DNA of 64,000 nucleotides from Candidatus Bathyarchaeota archaeon. GTDB taxonomy: Archaea > Thermoproteota > Bathyarchaeia > Bathyarchaeales > Bathycorpusculaceae. The notes beneath the pieces were generated by a model, which did no database searches, was not told the origin of the DNA, and saw only the letters and a program-made list of their open reading frames with translations. The stretch is from assembly GCA_963722095.1 (NCBI GenBank), contig CAVRJR010000002.1:129141-193140 (forward strand). The letters run 5' to 3'. Positions 39,624 through 47,536 of the stretch are shown here, piece by piece (the stretch's first letter is position 1; the number at the start of each line of letters is the position of its first letter). Made by a program: the position numbers and the translations under genes.

Positions 39624-39766
39624 ATCTCCCTTAAATTAGCACAGTTTCCTGTGACAAACCAACTAGACATTTCTTGCTTCAAGATTAAAACGTTTAGTAT
39701 TGCAAATATTGAGGGGGAGACTCCAAAAAACATAAATTGCTTAGCAATTATCCTTATGGACTTAGT

Positions 39767-39920
39767 CGGGAGGTAGCTCAGCCTGGCAGAGCTCTCGAAT
39801 CAGCTAACTTGTTTAGCTGGTGGAGACGCTGTAGAGGTCTACCCATGGTGGGCTTCATTCAAGCCTGTCTAGGCCACAGATACCGAGCCGTCGCAGGTTC
39901 AAATCCTGCTCTCCCGACCA
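39767..39920 (+). tRNA. tRNA-Tyr (GTA) with two introns: 30/31 (39798-39827) and 37/38 (39835-39881)
   Basis: C1:G72 acceptor CGGGAGG/TCTCCCG, A73 and encoded CCA; spliced anticodon arm CTCGG-CTGTAGA-CCGAG; both introns form BHB motifs. Confidence 0.9.
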
Positions 39921-39952
39921 TTCTTCATTCTTAGAAAACGCAAGAAAACAAG

Positions 39953-41050
39953 TTAAACTTTGATTTCTTCGGTTAAGCCTGCCTCGGGGTACGGGAACAG
40001 GTGAGCTTTTTCAAGCGGGTAAGTTATTGTGACTTCTTCCCCGACTTCGAACCATGTCTCCGCCAGCGAAGGCCTGTTAATCACGAGGCGGTCGCCGTTG
40101 TCAAGCCTGATTTCGTAGCGCACCACGGTTCCTTCGAAAGTGACTTTCTCTATTTTTCCAGCTAACCCGCCTTCAGAAGCGATTTTACCAGCTTTCATTT
40201 CGCAGGTTTCGGGTCTTATGGCTAGGACGATTCTTTCGCCGTCTTTTAGTCCTGATTTTTTGGCTTTGACCTTTAAGCCCTCTCTTAACTCGATTTCGCA
40301 GTATCCGTTTGTTTGGTCGATGTAGCCTTCTAAGAGGTTGGATTCGCCTATGAAGTGCGCGACAAACAGGCTGTTCGGGTTCATGTAGAGTTCTTGGGGC
40401 GTGCCAATCTGCACGATTTTGCCTTTCTTCATGACGGCTATTCTGTCTGAAATTGACATGGCTTCTGATTGGTCGTGGGTGACGTGTATGGCGGTGAGTT
40501 TGAGGTCTTTTGCCATCCGCCTGATTTCATAGCGTATTTCGTTCCTTACTTTGGCATCCAGTTGCCCGAGGGGTTCATCTAAAAGCAGGGTTTTGGCGCC
40601 TGCAGCCAAGGCGCGTGCAACGGCTATTCTCTGCATCATGCCGCCGCTTAATTCGCTGGGGTATGCGCTTAGCCGTTCGTCAAGTTTCACGAGTTCCAGA
40701 ACTTCATGCCCGATTGTATCTGCCTCTTTGGCATCGTAGTTTTTGACTTTGGGTCCGTAGAGAACATTGCCCCACGCGGTCATGTGTGGAAACAGGGCGA
40801 AGGTTTGGAAAACGAATCCGATGTCACGGTCTTCAGGCGGATCCTTGTCGACACGTCGGTCACCGATGTATATTTCGCCGCTGTCAGGTTCAATCAGCCC
40901 CGCTATGAGCCGCAGCAACGTGGTTTTTCCGCACCCGCTTGGCCCAAGCAGGGAGAAGTATTCTTGGTCATGTATGGTTAAGCTAATATCGTCTAAAGCG
41001 GAGATTTTCCCGTATTTTTTGGTGACGTTTACGATTCTGACATCAGGCAT
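39953..41050 (-). CDS. ABC transporter ATP-binding protein (PotA/FbpC-like, with TOBE domain)
   Basis: GPSGCGKTT, LSGGMMQR, LLDEP, HVTHDQ. Confidence 0.92.
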   Translation of the reverse strand: MPDVRIVNVTKKYGKISALDDISLTIHDQEYFSLLGPSGCGKTTLLRLIAGLIEPDSGEIYIGDRRVDKDPPEDRDIGFVFQTFALFPHMTAWGNVLYGPKVKNYDAKEADTIGHEVLELVKLDERLSAYPSELSGGMMQRIAVARALAAGAKTLLLDEPLGQLDAKVRNEIRYEIRRMAKDLKLTAIHVTHDQSEAMSISDRIAVMKKGKIVQIGTPQELYMNPNSLFVAHFIGESNLLEGYIDQTNGYCEIELREGLKVKAKKSGLKDGERIVLAIRPETCEMKAGKIASEGGLAGKIEKVTFEGTVVRYEIRLDNGDRLVINRPSLAETWFEVGEEVTITYPLEKAHLFPYPEAGLTEEIKV

Positions 41051-41100
41051 AACTTGCCTCTCCTATGGAAAACGTTTCCATGTTCTTATTGGTTATCATG

Positions 41101-42789
41101 CTAAGTCTTTCCTTTTCTTGTTATAAGCCTCAAAAGAAGCAATATGATGAAGCTCAAAAGGATCAGAATGCCGCAGGCTAAACCGACGGTGAGAGCGTTG
41201 ACGCCTGAAATCGGCGAGGCGACACCTCGGACGGCGTTAACCCAGTTAACAATTAGGACTGGCGCGGTTACAAGGTTTGAGGTTACAGCCAGGGTTGCAC
41301 CAGTTTCACTGACGCTTCGCGCGAAAACGATGATTGCGCCAGAAAGAATCGAGTATTTTGTCAGCGGCAAAACGATTGAGCGGAAGACAGTGAAGGGTTT
41401 GGCGCCCAGCGTTTTGGCTGCTTCCTCCATGTCAACGCTAATCCGCTCCATAGCCGCCCCCATTGACCTGACAAAGTACGGGTACGTAATGGCTAAGTGA
41501 GCGAAAACAAGAAGCAGAAACGCAGGCATACCTGGAACACCCTGCCAGAAGAACTTTAGCGAAACCCCAAGAGCAATCGACGGCACAATTATTGGCACAT
41601 TGATTAACGTGTCAAGGATGCCTGAGACTGTTTTGCCAAAGGTGTGACGCGAAATCAGAATAGCCATAGGTATTCCCAAGATAATGCCAAGAACCGTTAC
41701 TATTCCCGCTAAACCGTAAGAGAGCACAAGACTTTGCCAGAAGCGGGTCCAAACACCCGCGCCCGTTAACGCCTGAATTATAGGAGTTCCCGAAGCCACC
41801 GCTTGGAAAGCAGGCAGGGCAACGAAAAGCGAAGGCACCAACACAACAACTAAGAAAACAAATAATGCTAAACCGTTGCGTGTCCAAGCCGTTTTCTTGT
41901 AGCTTAATTTCTTTTCCAAAACTGGCAGACCATGCCCGAAAGGCAACTTTATTTTTGGACTCAAAATACGTATCAAACCGAAAATAGTCAATGAAACCGA
42001 AATAAGAATCAAGCTGGTAAAAACGGTGGCGCCTTGGTAGGTTGCTTGCGGAATTTGCCCTTTTTTGAATTGGTTGCTTAATTCCTGCAGGAAAACGGGT
42101 CCGTTGACGAAGGCGCCTGCCACGATGAAGGTGGCGCCTGTTTCTGAAAGTGACCGAGCGAATGCAAGCAGGTACGCCGCAATCAGAGATGGCTTTATGA
42201 TTGGGAAAGTGACTGTTCGCGACGCGGTCAACGGGGGAGCGCCGAGGGTTCTTGATGCCCGTTCATACTCCATCTTGTAGTCAAGCATCGCACCGACTAT
42301 GACGCGCACGACGACTGGGAACGAAAAAGTGAAATGCAAGAGCATGACTAGGAGCCAGCCCGTAGAAATTATTGGTCCACCGAAAAGGGTTGATATTGGT
42401 CCACCAGGCATGCTCCAGAACAGCAGAAGCGAGTAACCCAACGCGGCGGTCGGCACGATGAAGGGTATGTCGGCGAAAGTGTCCAGAACGCTTAGCCACC
42501 TGGATTTGCCGCGGGTAATAAGCCAAGCGAGCGGGATACCAGCGAGCAGGTCTAAGGCGGCGACAACTAAGCCGATGATGAAAGAGTTCTTTATCGCTGT
42601 TAACGCGACGTTCATTAAGGCTGGCTGGTTGATGATGTTTTGGACGGTTGGGATTTTAATCAAGATGCCGAGGATGGGCGGAATAAGGATTAGAGCGAAA
42701 AACACGGCGACCGCGGAGAGATAGAGGGAGTACTTTAAGGGTTTTTTAGAGGACCATTTGTTTAGTGTGTTCCACAGTTTGCTAAGCAC
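41101..42789 (-). CDS. fused duplicated ABC permease (FbpB/ThiP/molybdate-tungstate-like)
   Basis: two BPD_transp_1 halves with EAA loops (YERASRTLGA, MEEAAKTLGA) and SETGAT motifs. Confidence 0.88.
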   Translation of the reverse strand: MLSKLWNTLNKWSSKKPLKYSLYLSAVAVFFALILIPPILGILIKIPTVQNIINQPALMNVALTAIKNSFIIGLVVAALDLLAGIPLAWLITRGKSRWLSVLDTFADIPFIVPTAALGYSLLLFWSMPGGPISTLFGGPIISTGWLLVMLLHFTFSFPVVVRVIVGAMLDYKMEYERASRTLGAPPLTASRTVTFPIIKPSLIAAYLLAFARSLSETGATFIVAGAFVNGPVFLQELSNQFKKGQIPQATYQGATVFTSLILISVSLTIFGLIRILSPKIKLPFGHGLPVLEKKLSYKKTAWTRNGLALFVFLVVVLVPSLFVALPAFQAVASGTPIIQALTGAGVWTRFWQSLVLSYGLAGIVTVLGIILGIPMAILISRHTFGKTVSGILDTLINVPIIVPSIALGVSLKFFWQGVPGMPAFLLLVFAHLAITYPYFVRSMGAAMERISVDMEEAAKTLGAKPFTVFRSIVLPLTKYSILSGAIIVFARSVSETGATLAVTSNLVTAPVLIVNWVNAVRGVASPISGVNALTVGLACGILILLSFIILLLLRLITRKGKT

Positions 42790-43139
42790 AGTCCAGCTCC
42801 CAATTCTTCAACGTCAGCTTGCTACAAAGCGCAAGGTAATGCATTCTTCAGATATATTAGCTGTTTCTTTAAACAGCAGTTCCCACCATATTTTCATGTT
42901 AGAATATATATTTTTGGTGTCAACACCCATAAGCTATAGTGGCGAGCACTTGGCGCCATAGTTGACAGAAAGCTTTATCGCAAAAAGCTGCCTCTGAACA
43001 ACTTCGTGCAGGAAACCATCGGCAACATCATGACTGGGTTTTCAAAATCAATAAAATGGATGGAGACGGAGCTAGAAATGACCGAAGTGAAAATTGGGCG
43101 GTTGCCAGTCCCATCTGACGTTGACGCGCACGTTTACCC

Positions 43140-43907
43140 TTAGCTTACGACTTTTCGGAACATGTACAAAGTAGCGCTCAAAGTTATCACGGCGACCAGT
43201 GCGATTACGCCAAACGCTTGAAGCACCGTACTCCAGTTGTATCCTGAAGTCATAAGCACCCTTATGGCGTTGACGGCGTAGCTTATCGGGTTAAACATCG
43301 AAATATCTTGTACCCATTTTGGCATGAAACTAAGCGGAAACAAAGCCGTGCTAAGAAACAGCAGCGGAAACGTTAGAAACCCACCTATGGCAAAAACAGT
43401 TTCAGAACTTCTTGTCTTCATGCCTATTGCCAACGAAATTCCTGACCAAGCAAGCCCAAAGAAAGCAATTGTGAAGAAGATTAGCAGAATGCCAACGACG
43501 CCTGTTTTAACAAAGGCACCTAAAGCATACGCCAACCCTAATATTATGGCTGATTGGATTACCACCCTGAAAGCGTCACTTGTTAATCGACCCAGTAAAA
43601 TAGCAGGCCGTTTGACGGGTGTCACAAGCATTTTCTGCAGATACCCAGAGTCAATATCAGCGACTATCGAGTTTCCCGACTGCAGAGCACTGCCAAACGC
43701 GTTTTGCAGAAGAATGCCTGCTGTAGCGAACTCCAGATAGCTTCCTCCAGGCAGAACAATCAAGCTACTGAATTTTGATAACAGTGAAGTGAATAGAACG
43801 AGAAAGATGATTGGCTGAAAAAGCGAGAAAAACAGCAGAATTGGGTTTCGGACAAGCTTTCGGAGGTACCGCACAAACAAGTAACGTGTGTCAGAAAAAA
43901 GCGTCAT
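43140..43907 (-). CDS. ABC-2 type exporter permease (DrrB-like)
   Basis: six TM segments, LVTPV, FLSTALFP..MPKW..NPISYAV. Confidence 0.9.
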   Translation of the reverse strand: MTLFSDTRYLFVRYLRKLVRNPILLFFSLFQPIIFLVLFTSLLSKFSSLIVLPGGSYLEFATAGILLQNAFGSALQSGNSIVADIDSGYLQKMLVTPVKRPAILLGRLTSDAFRVVIQSAIILGLAYALGAFVKTGVVGILLIFFTIAFFGLAWSGISLAIGMKTRSSETVFAIGGFLTFPLLFLSTALFPLSFMPKWVQDISMFNPISYAVNAIRVLMTSGYNWSTVLQAFGVIALVAVITLSATLYMFRKVVS

Positions 43908-43909
43908 TT

Positions 43910-44905
43910 TTATCGTCTCCCACCAAACATCCTGCTTGGAGCCTTAACAAGTTCCTCGGCTCTTATTCTTCGACCAGTATGCTTCACAAAAACATCATCC
44001 AAGGACGGCTGCGAAAAAGTAACTGAGGTTAGACGGATGCCCGTGCTATCTAAGGCACGAACGATATCTGCAATTAACGCTGAAGCATTTTCTGCGTAGA
44101 CGTTGATGCATTCTTCAGAATCCATTATTTCCTTGACGCCTGTCATGGTTTTAACAAGGTTTTTTGCCTTTTCGCGGTCGCGTTCGCAGTTTTCAAGCCC
44201 TATCCTGATGGAGTCAGCTCCCACTTCCCGTTTAAGCTCAGCAGGCGAGCCTTCAGCCACTATCTTGCCGAAATCAATGATTGCTAAACGATTGCACAGC
44301 TTATCGGCTTCTTCCAAATACTGCGTAGTAAGAAATATGGTTGTGTCTTCTTCTTTGTTTATTTTCTGCAAATAACCCCATATCGCAGTGCGGGACTGCG
44401 GGTCAAGCCCCGTCGTGGGTTCATCCAAAAACAACAGCTTCGGTTCATGCACAAGCGCCGTTGCCAAATCAAGTCGCTTCTTCATTCCACCCGAATAATT
44501 TCTTGCCCGTCTGTCTGCTGCAGATTCAAGCCCTACAAGCTTCAAAAGCTCATCCACCCGCGCCTTGAGTTTGGCGCCATTCATTTGCTGCAGATGCCCC
44601 TGAAGCATAACGTTTTCTCGCCCTGTTAGGTCACCGTCAACGGTTGTATCTTGACTTTGCACCCCGATGATTTTGCGGATGTCGTCCGCGCCGCTGAAGA
44701 TGTCATGCCCCGCTACGGTTACAAACCCAGAGGTTTTTCGAAGGAGTGTCGTTAGAATTTTGATGGTGGTGCTTTTTCCTGCGCCGTTTGGACCCAAAAA
44801 ACCGAAAAATTCCTGCTCTTTAACAGTGAAAGAGATGTCGTCGACGGCTTTTGTGCCATCAGAATAGATTTCAACAAGATTCTTCACAGTAATAATGTCT
44901 GCCAT
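43910..44905 (-). CDS. ABC-2 exporter ATP-binding protein (DrrA-like)
   Basis: GPNGAGKST, YSGGMKKRL, LDEPTTGLDP, PSLDDVF. Confidence 0.92.
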   Translation of the reverse strand: MADIITVKNLVEIYSDGTKAVDDISFTVKEQEFFGFLGPNGAGKSTTIKILTTLLRKTSGFVTVAGHDIFSGADDIRKIIGVQSQDTTVDGDLTGRENVMLQGHLQQMNGAKLKARVDELLKLVGLESAADRRARNYSGGMKKRLDLATALVHEPKLLFLDEPTTGLDPQSRTAIWGYLQKINKEEDTTIFLTTQYLEEADKLCNRLAIIDFGKIVAEGSPAELKREVGADSIRIGLENCERDREKAKNLVKTMTGVKEIMDSEECINVYAENASALIADIVRALDSTGIRLTSVTFSQPSLDDVFVKHTGRRIRAEELVKAPSRMFGGRR

Positions 44906-45099
44906 AAGCTGTCACTAGATAGGTTTGCATTTGATAAAATAACGTTATGTGACTGTTACCTTACAGCCACAGCACGAAGGCGATGAGGCAAGTATCTGAA
45001 GGGGCAAGCGACAAACAGCTTGATAAAGTCGGAAAGAAACGCAAATAAAGAAGAACGTGGATTAACATCGCCGCTGACTCTCAGAGTCAGAGTGTATGT

Positions 45100-45177
45100 G
45101 CGGTCGTAGTCTAGTTTGGTCTAGGACATCAGCCTGCCACGCTGACGACCCGGGTTCAAATCTCGGCGACCGCACCA
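45100..45177 (+). tRNA. tRNA-Gly (GCC)
   Basis: GCGGTCG/CGACCGC acceptor stem; TCAGC-CTGCCAC-GCTGA anticodon arm; encoded CCA. Confidence 0.95.
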
Positions 45178-45295
45178 AACCACCTTCCTATCCAGGTTCT
45201 CATGAAGGGAAAACCTTAACCTACAAACGGCGGATTGCTTGGAAATTTATTAACGGTGCTTCGCAAATATTTGTTTAAGATTATTTCATGGGTTT

Positions 45296-46123
45296 TTACT
45301 GTTTTAAGGAAAATTTGTATGGTCTTTCCGATTTATCTATCGTTATTACTCCGTTGATTACTAATCGATTCAGTTCTTTGCTAACAAAGCCTCTTGCCAT
45401 CTTCATTTCTTTCGCAATATCTCCAATGGTGTTGTTTCCACTCCTAATTTGTCCAAGCAATGTTTTTTCCATCAGCTTTTGTTGTGCAGCTATCCTGAGA
45501 GGTTTTTCGATGAGAGAAGTAATTCTGTATTTCTCTTTTAGGTCTAGTAGCGTTTGATAAAGGCTGTCTTCCCAACAGATGCCGGATAATTCAGATTGAT
45601 CTCTGCACTCTTGACTAATAACATCCCAATTAAGCCCCGATCGCGCGAGGACTGCAGTATCATCTAAGTCTGCCTCCCGTGAAGTAATGCTTTTGAATAG
45701 AAAAAGATCCTCCTCCGAAGAAATAAGAATTTTCAAGTTGGCGCCTTGATAGATTGCGTTTGCTCTCTTTTTCATCTCGCCGGAAAGTGTTAGCTTGCCG
45801 CAGACTTTGTTCAGGAATATGTCCCATCGGAAGCCTTCCAGGTTTTCCATTATAGCGTTTGTTTGCATTTCACTGTATGGTCTAGTGATAATCAGAGGAT
45901 TTGGCGCGGTGTAGCCTAATGCTTCGAGGGCTGCTTTCAGTTTATTTAGATCGTTTCGGTTTGTAAGAATAACATCAATGTCTTTTGTGGCGTCTTTAAC
46001 ACCATAAAATGACATTGCGCCTCCGCCTATGAGGTAAAGCGTCAAAGACTGTTTTATTGACGCATCAAGTTTATCGAATTCCTGCTGCAGGTAATTCTTA
46101 TCGAAAGAGCGTCTTTGATTCAT
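45296..46123 (-). CDS. nucleotidyltransferase (DUF6036/AbiEii-like) with a C-terminal wHTH
   Basis: LYLIGGGAM..KDATKDIDV, EDLFLFK..READLDD; C-terminal TIGDIAKEMKMARGFVSKELNRL. Confidence 0.8.
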   Translation of the reverse strand: MNQRRSFDKNYLQQEFDKLDASIKQSLTLYLIGGGAMSFYGVKDATKDIDVILTNRNDLNKLKAALEALGYTAPNPLIITRPYSEMQTNAIMENLEGFRWDIFLNKVCGKLTLSGEMKKRANAIYQGANLKILISSEEDLFLFKSITSREADLDDTAVLARSGLNWDVISQECRDQSELSGICWEDSLYQTLLDLKEKYRITSLIEKPLRIAAQQKLMEKTLLGQIRSGNNTIGDIAKEMKMARGFVSKELNRLVINGVITIDKSERPYKFSLKQ

Positions 46124-47058
46124 TCAGCAATCACCAAGTAGTCCTTAGCTTTCGTCACGAATTCCTCCCATGTGGGCAATGAGCGATCTTTTGGTTGCAT
46201 ATGGGTTTCCAGAAAGTGAAAGAGCTTTGTGATTTCATCTGCAAGCCCAAACTTGCTGGCTTCTTGCAGTAGATAGGTTTTATCGATTTGTCGATAAGTT
46301 TTTTTGAGCAGCAAAAGAGCGTAGGTTTTGTACCTGACATTATTTGGTTCTATAAGCAGAGTATGCAGTAACGCATCTTCAAGTTTGAGCGTTTTCTTGT
46401 TTGTTGAGTAAAAGTAGTAATCAAATTCAGAAATTAAGGGGAGGTTATATTGAGGAAAAACCGAAATAGCTGTTTTGAAAAAATTGTGAAGGGCTGGCTT
46501 GGTCTCATTTGGGACTCTTATCAGAAACTCCGTGTCTTTTTGCCAGAGAATTGTCGAATTTTCCGAGAATCCACGCGCAAGTTTGTTTGTGAAGAACTTT
46601 TGGTATTCACATAAGAAATCAATTAGAAGATTGAATTGTGGATTAATTACGTTTGTTGGTGTGATTATTCCTCTAGCTTTTAGATTTCTAAGGTGTCGCC
46701 ATAGAGTGTTTTTTGGGGTGATTACAAGATTTTTGTTATTATCTGATAACTCATATAGGATTTGGAGGGCTTTCCCGCTCAATAGGTTATCCCAGTCAAC
46801 GTAGTCGTACGTTGAGACTAAATCTCTTAGAAGTGTTGCGTGTTTGAAATCAGCAACAAATGCCTGTTTTTTGTTATTTTTTTTGGCTGTTCTTGCTAGC
46901 CCTTTTGTTTGGAGTTTTCGCAAATTATATGAAAGAAGTGATGGGCTGATATTGAGCACAGTTTCTATCGAAGAGAGTTCGTTTTTTCCTTTCGCTATCT
47001 CTTCAAAGGTTTTTAATTCTGCTTTACTGAAGGAGTACTCGGGACTTGTAGTTTTCAT
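46120..47058 (-). CDS. winged-helix protein, putative type IV antitoxin/regulator
   Basis: N-terminal HTH (LSSIETVLNISPSLLSYNLRKLQTKGL), a second HTH, stop overlapping the NTase start; start set at MKTTS. Confidence 0.7.
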   Translation of the reverse strand: MKTTSPEYSFSKAELKTFEEIAKGKNELSSIETVLNISPSLLSYNLRKLQTKGLARTAKKNNKKQAFVADFKHATLLRDLVSTYDYVDWDNLLSGKALQILYELSDNNKNLVITPKNTLWRHLRNLKARGIITPTNVINPQFNLLIDFLCEYQKFFTNKLARGFSENSTILWQKDTEFLIRVPNETKPALHNFFKTAISVFPQYNLPLISEFDYYFYSTNKKTLKLEDALLHTLLIEPNNVRYKTYALLLLKKTYRQIDKTYLLQEASKFGLADEITKLFHFLETHMQPKDRSLPTWEEFVTKAKDYLVIAE

Positions 47059-47109
47059 AAGTTCCATTATATTGAAATACTATAAAAGCTTTTCAATCTT
47101 ATGGAACTT
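47059..47109. promoter_or_regulatory. inverted repeat AAGTTCCAT...ATGGAACTT flanking a TATA-like box (putative auto-operator)
   Basis: arms at 47059-47067 and 47101-47109; inner TTGAAA/TTTCAA arms. Confidence 0.55.
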
Positions 47110-47150
47110 CAAAAGTTTAAACCACTGATTAAACAATCACTTCTTCTCAA

Positions 47151-47222
47151 AGTCTATTTTGGTCTAGGACATCAGCCTGCCACGCTGACGACCCGGGTTC
47201 AAATCTCGGCGACCGCACCAAA
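47151..47222 (+). repeat. 5'-truncated tRNA-Gly copy (attR-like)
   Basis: identical to 45108-45179 except one base (agtctaTtttgg vs agtctaGtttgg); lacks the 5' acceptor strand. Confidence 0.92.
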
Positions 47223-47364
47223 ACAACCCTTTTTCACATTCAAGCCAGCGTTAACCAGCCTAAGCCAACTAAACTCCAACTTCTGAGCCATGTGCACGGT
47301 CTATTTGGTGGCGTTTAATGCATTAATTTATAAATTCACGAATCCATTAGAAATGAGACCCGAA

Positions 47365-47532
47365 ATGAAATTAAGAAGAAAGAAATCTGGAGATTCTTCC
47401 GACCAACAAGAACCACAGAAAAAAAAGCCAAAAGGTCTCGAAGCCGTCAAATTTGAAGTTTCTGAAGACAAAGCGAAGCTTTTTTTGTCGCCGAGGGTTT
47501 GGGTAAGAAGCATGCGCCACGGAGGAAGCTGA
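47365..47532 (+). pseudogene. short ORF resembling the start of the cytoplasmic domain of the downstream gene
   Basis: QKKKPKGLEAVKFEVSEDKAKLFLS vs QKKQPANVGVEVAKVEIADNTVKFFVA. Confidence 0.45.
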
Positions 47533-47536
47533 GCGG

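Larger units (their letters stand above)
45108..47222. mobile_element. ~2-kb integrase-less islet between tRNA-Gly and its 3' duplication
   Basis: direct repeat 45108-45179 vs 47151-47222; AT-rich two-gene cargo. Confidence 0.8.
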
